The position numbers were made by a program, and so were the translations under genes. From contig NZ_JMCB01000004.1 in the NCBI RefSeq assembly GCF_000737315.1, forward strand, positions 372,001 to 436,000: DNA of 64,000 nt, given 5' to 3'. Below, piece after piece: positions 53,844-61,126 of this stretch; position 1 is the stretch's first letter; the number at the start of each line of letters is the position of its first letter. The notes beneath the pieces were generated by a model that was given only the letters and a program-made list of their open reading frames with translations, was not told the DNA's origin and did no database searches. Source of the stretch: Hyalangium minutum. Its GTDB lineage: Bacteria; Myxococcota; Myxococcia; Myxococcales; Myxococcaceae.

Positions 53844-54659
53844 ATGTCCTCCCTCGCTCCCGAGCCGGCGTCTCCCGTCACCACCGTTTCCCCTGGTGGC
53901 GGGATCGCCGTGCGGATCGAGCAGGTCCACAAGACCTTCCCCGGCGGGGTGGCCGCGGTGGAGGGTGTGGACCTCGACATCGCTCCGGGCGCCTTCGTAG
54001 CGCTGGTCGGGCCCTCGGGCTGCGGCAAGTCCACGCTGCTGCGCATCGTTGCCGGGTTGGACTCCGCCACCCGGGGACGGGTGGTGCTGTCTCCCTCGCC
54101 GGAGCAGGCCCACGCCTCGCGTGCTCCCATCGCCTATGTGTTCCAGGACGCGCACCTGCTGCCCTGGCGCTCCGTGCTCGACAACGCGGCCTTGCCGCTC
54201 GAGCTCTCCGGCATGGACCGGACCGAGCGCCGCACCCGCGCCCACGAGATGCTCGCGCATGTCGGACTGGGGGACTTCACCACCCGCTACCCCGCGGAGC
54301 TCTCCGGTGGCATGCGGATGCGCGTCTCGCTCGCTCGCGCCCTGGTGACACGTCCCCGGCTGTTGCTCTTGGATGAGCCGTTTGGCGCGCTGGATGAGCT
54401 CACGCGCGGCCGGCTGGATGAGCAGCTCCGGGTGCTGTGGCAGGAACTGGGGATGACCGTGCTCTTCGTCACCCACTCGCTCTCCGAGGCCGCGTGGCTC
54501 GCCGAGCGGGTCATTGTGTTCTCACCTCGCCCCGCTCGGGTGGTGCTGGACCGCACGCCAGAGCTGCCTCGCCAGCGCACCGCCGCGCTGCGTGTGGAGG
54601 CGGCCTTTGCCCGTGAGGTGCAGATCCTCTCCGAGGCCCTGGAACGGGGAGGCGCGTGA
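53844..54659 (+). CDS. ABC transporter ATP-binding protein (NitT/TauT/SsuB family)
   Basis: GPSGCGKS, VFQD..LLPWR, LSGGMRMR, LLLDEPFGALD, VTH. Confidence 0.95.
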   Translation: MSSLAPEPASPVTTVSPGGGIAVRIEQVHKTFPGGVAAVEGVDLDIAPGAFVALVGPSGCGKSTLLRIVAGLDSATRGRVVLSPSPEQAHASRAPIAYVFQDAHLLPWRSVLDNAALPLELSGMDRTERRTRAHEMLAHVGLGDFTTRYPAELSGGMRMRVSLARALVTRPRLLLLDEPFGALDELTRGRLDEQLRVLWQELGMTVLFVTHSLSEAAWLAERVIVFSPRPARVVLDRTPELPRQRTAALRVEAAFAREVQILSEALERGGA

Positions 54660-55438
54660 TGGTGCGCTCGGTGCTGGTCCGCTCCGTGCTTCCTCCCGCG
54701 GCAGCCTTGGTCGTATTGCTGGCCCTGTGGGAGGGGACCGTCCGTGTGTTGGGCATCCAGGCGTTTCTGCTGCCGCCCCCGTCGGCCGTGTTCGCCAGTG
54801 GGTGGCATGACGCTGGGCAGCTGGCCGCCAGCAGTTGGGTCACCGCCAAGGCAGCACTCCTCGGCTTCGGCCTGAGCGCCCTGGCCGGAGCCCTCGCGGC
54901 CATCGTGCTCTCGTCATCGCGGCTGCTCGAGCGTGCCCTCTATCCGTACACCATGTTCCTGCAGACGGTTCCGATCGTCGCCATCGCTCCGTTACTGGTG
55001 CTGTGGTTTGGCCCCGGACAGCGGGCCGTGGCTGCTTCGGCTTTCATCGTCTCGGTGTTCCCGGTCATCGCCAACACGCTGAGCGGCCTGCGCTCGGTGG
55101 AGCCAGCGCTTCGGGACTTGTTCCGCCTCTATGGCGCGCGGAGGTTCGCCACGCTCCTGAAGCTGGAATTGCCCAGCGCCTTGCCCCACATCTTTACCGG
55201 GCTGCGCATCGCCTCGGGTCTGGCCGTCATTGGCGCCATCGTGGGCGAGTTCGTCGCCGGCTTCTCGGAGGGCACCGCCGGGCTGGGCATCCTGGTGCTC
55301 GCGGCGTACCGCCAGCTGCGCACCGATCTGATGTTTGCGGCGGTGCTCTGCGCGTCCGTGCTGGGGATCTTCCTGTTCGGCGCCGTGAGCTTGCTGAGCG
55401 CACGTTTGCTCCAGCGCTGGCATCCCTCCGCCTCCTGA
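54656..55438 (+). CDS. ABC transporter permease (TauC/SsuC family)
   Basis: FLLPPPS, QTVPIVAIAPL, LFRLYGA..LKLELPSALP EAA loop, GAIVGEF; GTGA overlap with ATPase. Confidence 0.93.
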   Translation: MMVRSVLVRSVLPPAAALVVLLALWEGTVRVLGIQAFLLPPPSAVFASGWHDAGQLAASSWVTAKAALLGFGLSALAGALAAIVLSSSRLLERALYPYTMFLQTVPIVAIAPLLVLWFGPGQRAVAASAFIVSVFPVIANTLSGLRSVEPALRDLFRLYGARRFATLLKLELPSALPHIFTGLRIASGLAVIGAIVGEFVAGFSEGTAGLGILVLAAYRQLRTDLMFAAVLCASVLGIFLFGAVSLLSARLLQRWHPSAS

Positions 55439-55587
55439 GGTTCAGGGGCCTGCGGCAGCGGCCCGGGATCAGGCTCGGGCAGGGCAGGAGGCAAGCTTTG
55501 GCAGGGAGCCAAGCTTCTCCCACGGCCACGTCTTACGTTTCTCTTAGGCAACGGAGTGCCCTCACCTCCTCGTCCACGCGAGGCCCC

Positions 55588-56739
55588 ATGGATCCTGCAG
55601 TCGAAGAAGCGCTTCGGCGCCGGAGAGACCAGATCATCGAGAACTGGCTCAAGCGTGTAAGCAAGGGCTCTGCTGCACGTTGCCTTCCGCGCGAGGTGGT
55701 CCTGAACAACGTCCCAGGGCTGGTGGATGCCATCCTCGACGGTCTGGCCAGGGCAGCGACGTCCATGCCCGCTTCCCTTGTGCCCAGGGAGATCTCCGGT
55801 AAGCACGGCGAGAGCCGTCTCGACCTGGGGTACGGGTTGAAAGAGCTGGGAGAAGAATACAACTCGCTGCGGGAGGCGCTGCTGGACACCCTCGAGTCGG
55901 CAGGGGTCGCGCTGAGCAACAAGGCCGCGAGTGTCCTGCACGGGGCAGTGGATCTGGCTCACCGGGAGGGGGTGGCGTACTACATCGAGCTCCGGGAGGA
56001 GCGGCTCCGCCACCGTCAGTCGGAGTTTCTGGCCCGGCTCGTTCACGACTTCCGCGCGCCCCTGGCCACCATCCTGACCAGCGTCGGCATGGTGCGGAAG
56101 CAGGATTCCACCGGTCAAGGGCTCGCCAGGAACCTGGATCGCATCGAGCGCGCGACGCGCCGGATGCTCTTCCTCGTCGAGGCACAGCTTGCAACCGAAG
56201 GCGCCCTCTCTGGCAAGCTTCAGATCAAGGAGACGGAGATTCAGCTCGCCTCCGTGGCGCAGGAGGTGACCGAGCTTCTGCAAGCCCGCGCGGACGGACA
56301 GGGCGTTGAATTGCGAGTGGAGATCCCAGGCGGACTCTGGCTGAAGACGGATCGGCTCTTGCTCGGCCAGGTGCTGCAGAACCTCGTCGACAACGCGCTG
56401 AAGTACACCGACTCGGGCGAGGTGGTGCTGCGGGCCCGCCAGGAGCAGGGCGGGGTGCGCATCACCGTCGAGGACACCGGGAGGGGCATCTCCCCCGAGA
56501 TGCTGCCCGTGATCTTCGACATGTACAGCCGAAGTGAGTACGAGTCCCCGGGACGGGGGGTGGGGCTGGCCGTGGTGAAGGCCGTCGTGACCGCTCTGGG
56601 GGGAACGGTCGAGGCCACCAGCAGGCAGGGGCAGGGGAGCTGCTTCACCCTCTCTCTGCCGATGCAGCGGGCCGTCCTCAGGGAGGAGGGTCCACCGATG
56701 CAGCCAGACTCACACGGGGCTGCTTCTCCTGCGGTGTAG
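55588..56739 (+). CDS. Cytoplasmic sensor histidine kinase with RsbRD_N-like N-terminal domain
   Basis: IIENW..RV, HGESR..LGY.L.EL.EEY..LR; HDFRAPL, NLVDNALKY, DTGRGI, GVGLAVVK; no TM. Confidence 0.88.
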   Translation: MDPAVEEALRRRRDQIIENWLKRVSKGSAARCLPREVVLNNVPGLVDAILDGLARAATSMPASLVPREISGKHGESRLDLGYGLKELGEEYNSLREALLDTLESAGVALSNKAASVLHGAVDLAHREGVAYYIELREERLRHRQSEFLARLVHDFRAPLATILTSVGMVRKQDSTGQGLARNLDRIERATRRMLFLVEAQLATEGALSGKLQIKETEIQLASVAQEVTELLQARADGQGVELRVEIPGGLWLKTDRLLLGQVLQNLVDNALKYTDSGEVVLRARQEQGGVRITVEDTGRGISPEMLPVIFDMYSRSEYESPGRGVGLAVVKAVVTALGGTVEATSRQGQGSCFTLSLPMQRAVLREEGPPMQPDSHGAASPAV

Positions 56740-56749
56740 ACACACTGGC

Positions 56750-57481
56750 TCAGAAGCGCCCGGCGAGTCCTCCGAGCACGCCTCCGCCCTGCGTCACTCC
56801 CACCACGGGCACCAGCTGAACGCTGGTACCTCCGAGCCGGGCCTTGACCTGCTCCCGCTCCCACTCGGAGTCGGAGAGCTCGTAGGCGACGAGCGCTCCA
56901 ATGGCCGCCAAGGGGGGGATGAGCACAATGCCCCCGTAGCTCTGGGTGGCCACCATCAGCAGTGCGCCAAGCCCCGTTCCCGCGAAGCCTCCCCAGAGCG
57001 TGGTGCTGAGCGCTCCTTCTCCATGCAGAGCGCTGCCGATTCCGTACACCGTGAGTGACGAGAGCAGGCCCGTCGCCAGCAGCGCGGGAGCAGTCTGGAC
57101 GAAGATCTCGTCGGAGCTGCACACGTCATCGAACGGGTTGCAGTCCTTCTCGAGCGCCAGGCCGATCAAGAACCCTCCGATCAATCCTCCCGTCCCCGCC
57201 AGGGTTCCCAGGACTGTCCCCGCCAGAACGCGCGGCACGAAGTAGTTGGGCCGTCGGCTTTGCCACTCGGGAGGGAGCAGATGCCCTCTCAAGGGACGAT
57301 CCGAGGGCGCCTGCTCCGCCGGGGACGTCTGCTCGGCTGGAGCGGCCTCGGGGGGAGCGGTGATGAGCGGGGGCGCGGTCGCCGGCTGGGAGGAAGTCGC
57401 CGGTGCATCCGCTGCCTGAGCGTTCCCCACAGCGGGAAGCCCCACCACGACCAAGAGAGTCAGAAGGGCCAGGAGGTTCAT
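56750..57481 (-). CDS. Hypothetical membrane protein (signal peptide, Pro/Ala linker, Gly-rich TM helices)
   Basis: Sec signal, 4 Gly-rich hydrophobic segments, C-terminal GLAGRF. Confidence 0.75.
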   Translation of the reverse strand: MNLLALLTLLVVVGLPAVGNAQAADAPATSSQPATAPPLITAPPEAAPAEQTSPAEQAPSDRPLRGHLLPPEWQSRRPNYFVPRVLAGTVLGTLAGTGGLIGGFLIGLALEKDCNPFDDVCSSDEIFVQTAPALLATGLLSSLTVYGIGSALHGEGALSTTLWGGFAGTGLGALLMVATQSYGGIVLIPPLAAIGALVAYELSDSEWEREQVKARLGGTSVQLVPVVGVTQGGGVLGGLAGRF

Positions 57482-57578
57482 GCTCTGACTCTACTGGTGA
57501 AGGCCGAGGATGTTGAACCCCCGGCGGCACGCAAGGTGCTATAGGCCCCCTGGAGCGCAGCTGACTTGGAAGGAAGCC

Positions 57579-58331
57579 ATGAGCACGCAGCCCCAGCCGT
57601 CCACTGTTCCCTCTGAGCCCGGTTCCGCCGTGGATCGGGCGGGCTCGGGCGCCATGTTCGACAAGATTGCCCCGCGCTACGATCTGTTGAACCGGTTGAT
57701 GTCGTTCGGCATCGACCAGCGCTGGCGCAACAAGACCGTGGATGCGCTGGAGCTGAAGCCGGGCGGCCGGGTGCTGGATCTCGCCACGGGCACCGCGGAC
57801 CTCGCGCTCAAGGTGCTCCATCGCCACCCTGATACGACGGTGGTCGGCGTGGACCCCTCCGTGAAGATGCTGGAGATCGGCCGGCAGAAGGTGGCGGCGG
57901 GGGGCTTGGCCTCCAAGTGCGAGCTGCAGGTGGGAGATGCGCAGGTGCTGCCGTTCCCCGATCGCAGCTTCGACGGGCTGTGCATGGCCTTCGGCATCCG
58001 CAACGTGCCGGACCGGTCCAAGGCCCTGCGGGAGATGGCGCGGGTGGTCAAGCCCGACGGCCGGATCGCCATCCTGGAGCTGTCCGAGCCCAAAGGCGGC
58101 ATCCTGGGCCCCCTGGCCCGGTTCCAGATTCGCACGGTGGTGCCGTGGGTGGGCAGCCTGCTCTCGGGCGCCAAGGAGTACCGCTACCTCCAGCAGTCGA
58201 TCGCCGCGTTCCCTCCGCCCGAGAAGTTCGCGGACTTGATGCGCCAGGCCGGGCTGGAGGTGCTGCGCGTGCAGCCGCTCACCTTCGGCGTGTGCTGCCT
58301 GTACGTGGCCAAGCCGCAGTCGGCTGCCTGA
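57579..58331 (+). CDS. ubiE: UbiE/MenG-family C-methyltransferase
   Basis: MFDKIAPRYDLLNRLMSFGIDQRWR, LDLATGTAD, GDAQ.LPF, AFGIRNV, YRYL..SI. Confidence 0.93.
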   Translation: MSTQPQPSTVPSEPGSAVDRAGSGAMFDKIAPRYDLLNRLMSFGIDQRWRNKTVDALELKPGGRVLDLATGTADLALKVLHRHPDTTVVGVDPSVKMLEIGRQKVAAGGLASKCELQVGDAQVLPFPDRSFDGLCMAFGIRNVPDRSKALREMARVVKPDGRIAILELSEPKGGILGPLARFQIRTVVPWVGSLLSGAKEYRYLQQSIAAFPPPEKFADLMRQAGLEVLRVQPLTFGVCCLYVAKPQSAA

Positions 58332-58349
58332 GCCCCGCGCGACTCGGGC

Positions 58350-59645
58350 TCACCACAGTCCGTGGGCCTGTAGCAGGTGCCCCAGCGGGAGGTTCTCCGC
58401 CCGATGGGCTTCGAGGAGCTTCGCGGCGGCATCGGCCGTGGGGTTGGACCAGACGAGCTGCTCGCGGCCGTTCTGGACTCCCGAACCACAGAGGATGAGG
58501 GCGGTCCGCAGCTCCTCGGCGGATGCCAGGGGCAGGTGCTCCAGCAGCAGCGGGCTCTCGCTGGTGAGGAAGGACTGCCGCGTGCCGATCTCTTTCAGGC
58601 AGGCGGCGACCCAGCGGGGATGCAGGCTGTTCGCCAGCTCATCGGCGATGACGAAGTCCTCGTTGACGTCCAGGTAGTAGAGGAAGGACAGCAGCCGCTT
58701 CTGTCCGTATCCGAGCGCCTCCTGCGCCAGCTCTGTCCCGTCGTGGCGCGTGAAGTGGAAGCCGAAGTGGCCGAAGCCCAGGCGCCCGCCGTTCTCGTAC
58801 GTCCGCCTCTCCACGAGCTCGACCCGCAGCCGCCCCGCCGCGAACCCCGCCAGGGCGACGAACTTCGCCAGGAAGTTCCGCTCCAGCTCGGAGTGGGAGA
58901 ACTCGAAGGCGTCCGGAGGCGGGCCGCGATCCACGCGCTCGCGGAGCCAGGCGGGCATCCACGTGGGGAGGGCCATGAGCCCCAGCGGGAACACCTCATC
59001 GCCCTGCATCTCCATGGCGTAGGTGATGCTGCCGATCTGCTGGAACATCCCCAGTGCCTCATCGAAGCGAGGGGGCGCCAGCAGGAAGGTGCGGCGCAGC
59101 AGATCCTTGAGGCGCTCCTTGAGCTCGGGCGCCAGGTACTGCGCCACCATGAAGACCAGCGTCCACACCGTGCGGTCCAGCACCGACCAGTGCATGGACC
59201 GGGCATAGGCGGATTGACCGTCCACGTCGCAGAACAGGCCCTTGCTGTCCGCGCGCACCACCAGTTGTGTGGACGGAGCGGCCAGCCGCAGCGTGGCCTC
59301 CAGGTGGGGCTCGAGCTTCGGCGGAGTCTCCGGGCTCTTCAATGACAGCAGCTTCGCGCTCTGGCTCGGCGCGGCCTCAGCGTCATCGAGAGCGGAGGAG
59401 GGCGGCTGGTTCCGGGCCCGGACATGGATCTTCATGCCCAGGAAGGTGAGCTCGTACTCCAGGGAGAACTCCTCGTGGATCAGCCCGGAGAAGTCCGCGC
59501 AGAGGACCCGGGAGATCAGCTCCAGCAGCGTCGTCCGGCCCGTCCCGTTCCGGCCCACCACCACGTTGAGCGACGGGCTGAAGGCGAGCGTGGTGCCAGG
59601 AGTGACACCTCGGTACTTGTGGATCTGGAGCTTCGTGAGCTTCAT
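58350..59645 (-). CDS. AAA_21/SMC-like ABC ATPase with degenerate motifs
   Basis: MKLTKLQIHKYRGV, GRNGTGRT (Walker A K>R), LGYGQKRL signature, VIADE Walker B, TSESP at H-loop. Confidence 0.8.
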   Translation of the reverse strand: MKLTKLQIHKYRGVTPGTTLAFSPSLNVVVGRNGTGRTTLLELISRVLCADFSGLIHEEFSLEYELTFLGMKIHVRARNQPPSSALDDAEAAPSQSAKLLSLKSPETPPKLEPHLEATLRLAAPSTQLVVRADSKGLFCDVDGQSAYARSMHWSVLDRTVWTLVFMVAQYLAPELKERLKDLLRRTFLLAPPRFDEALGMFQQIGSITYAMEMQGDEVFPLGLMALPTWMPAWLRERVDRGPPPDAFEFSHSELERNFLAKFVALAGFAAGRLRVELVERRTYENGGRLGFGHFGFHFTRHDGTELAQEALGYGQKRLLSFLYYLDVNEDFVIADELANSLHPRWVAACLKEIGTRQSFLTSESPLLLEHLPLASAEELRTALILCGSGVQNGREQLVWSNPTADAAAKLLEAHRAENLPLGHLLQAHGLW

Positions 59646-59686
59646 GAGCGCTGAGTCCGAGACCCTAGCCGCGATGGCCGTCCGGT

Positions 59687-60523
59687 TCACCGCTCATTCA
59701 GGAGCTTTGTCAGATGGGCGTGGGCTTCCGGAGGAAGCCGGGATCCGGCCAGCTTCAGCGCGCGCCGGGAGAGCAGGCGGTACACCTCGGCCACCTCGGG
59801 AGGCAGCGCCGCGAGGTGTGCCGCCACGACACCCGCGTCCCCTCGGACGAGCGGACCTGTGAGTCCTCGCACGAGTCCCCGGGCCTCCACGCCTCGCAGC
59901 GACGAGCGCGTGAGCGGGAGCAGGGCCGAGAGGGCCGCGTCCTCGGGAATGCCCGCGTGGCCGAGCGCCTCCACCGCCACGGACAGGAGCGACACCACCG
60001 CGCCCGCACTGAGGACAGCGCCCGCGTGGTAGGCGGCCCGGCGTGCCTCGGGCACCTCCAGCACCAGGAGCTTCAGATCCTCCGCCATCTGCCGCAGCAC
60101 GGCCTTCAGAGGCTGGGAGCGGGTGCTGATCGCCACGGCGTGTCCCGCCAGCGAGTCTCGTGGATCCGACACCGCGCAGAGCGGGTGGAACGAGCCCAGC
60201 GGACGGCCCCGGGGAGCGCCCAGCGCCTTCAGGGACAAGGCGCCCGCGCAGTGCACCAGCGCCGTGCCTCGGCCGAGCGTGCGTGCCATCTCCCGAGCCA
60301 CCTCGGGCACCGCCTTGTCCGGGACGCAGAGCAGGGCCACCTGCGACTGCTCCAGATCCTTGGGAGCGGCGGGCTTCAGGCCCAGCGCCAGCACGCGGCT
60401 GCGACCCTCATCGGAGTGGCTGTGGACGCGAACGGTCCAGCGCCGGGCGGAGAGAGACAGCGCCAGCGCTCCCCCCAGCCGGCCTCCGCCGACCACGAGA
60501 ATCCGCGGGCGCCGAGCTGCCAT
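59687..60523 (-). CDS. Rossmann-like plus DUF2520 oxidoreductase
   Basis: VGGGRLG, LLCVPD, VHCAGA, SFHPL, YHAGAV, LTGPLVRGD..VV..HL; ATG 60523 has AAGGG RBS (ORF open from 60556). Confidence 0.88.
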   Translation of the reverse strand: MAARRPRILVVGGGRLGGALALSLSARRWTVRVHSHSDEGRSRVLALGLKPAAPKDLEQSQVALLCVPDKAVPEVAREMARTLGRGTALVHCAGALSLKALGAPRGRPLGSFHPLCAVSDPRDSLAGHAVAISTRSQPLKAVLRQMAEDLKLLVLEVPEARRAAYHAGAVLSAGAVVSLLSVAVEALGHAGIPEDAALSALLPLTRSSLRGVEARGLVRGLTGPLVRGDAGVVAAHLAALPPEVAEVYRLLSRRALKLAGSRLPPEAHAHLTKLLNER

Positions 60524-60651
60524 GGACCCTTTACCCCTCCGGTTTCGAGACGCCATGGTGAAAGATGGATTCCAGGTGAACTGAGTTTTTACCAGAAAAG
60601 CAGAAAAATACGTGCAACCCCGTAGCCTTCCCGGCTAGGCTGATCCACATC

Positions 60652-61074
60652 ATGAGTGATCCCACGGAATCCACGCAGAGCGGTGGTCCTTCCTTCGTAC
60701 GCGCGCTGGCCGGCGGCGTAGTGGGCTTCATCCTTGGCGTGGCTGTCATGAACATGGCCGGTCACCAGGCCAAGAGCAGCCAGAAGGGCGCGGAGGATTC
60801 CCTGGCGGGCTCGCAGCTGGTCCCGGTGGTCGTCGCGGCCGTGGACATCCCCGAGGGCACGGCGGTCACGTTCGATCACATCCAGCAGCGCTCGGCCCCG
60901 AAGCAGTTCGTCACCAGCTCCGTGGTCAAGCCGGAGAGCGCCAACTACATCGTCAACGCGAAGCTGCTCGTGCCGGTGCAGAAGGGCGACATGCTCCTGT
61001 GGAGCCAGTTCGAGACGAAGCCGGACAAGTCCCAGGACTCGGCGGCGTCTGTCAGCGACAGCCAGGTCAAGTAG
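60652..61074 (+). CDS. Stand-alone SAF-domain protein (CpaB N-terminus-like) with TM anchor
   Basis: TM (GGVVGFILGVAVM); VVVAAVDIPEGT.V......G.ML.WS. Confidence 0.8.
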   Translation: MSDPTESTQSGGPSFVRALAGGVVGFILGVAVMNMAGHQAKSSQKGAEDSLAGSQLVPVVVAAVDIPEGTAVTFDHIQQRSAPKQFVTSSVVKPESANYIVNAKLLVPVQKGDMLLWSQFETKPDKSQDSAASVSDSQVK

Positions 61075-61126
61075 GCCCTCGGTTCAGGGCCCCCCCGGAG
61101 ACACCGGGCCACGGGAGCGCCCGGGC

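Noticed and set aside
54835-55587. N-terminal extension of the histidine kinase ORF to 634 aa
   Set aside because: Out-of-frame overlap with the permease; sequence is not protein-like before MDPAVEE.
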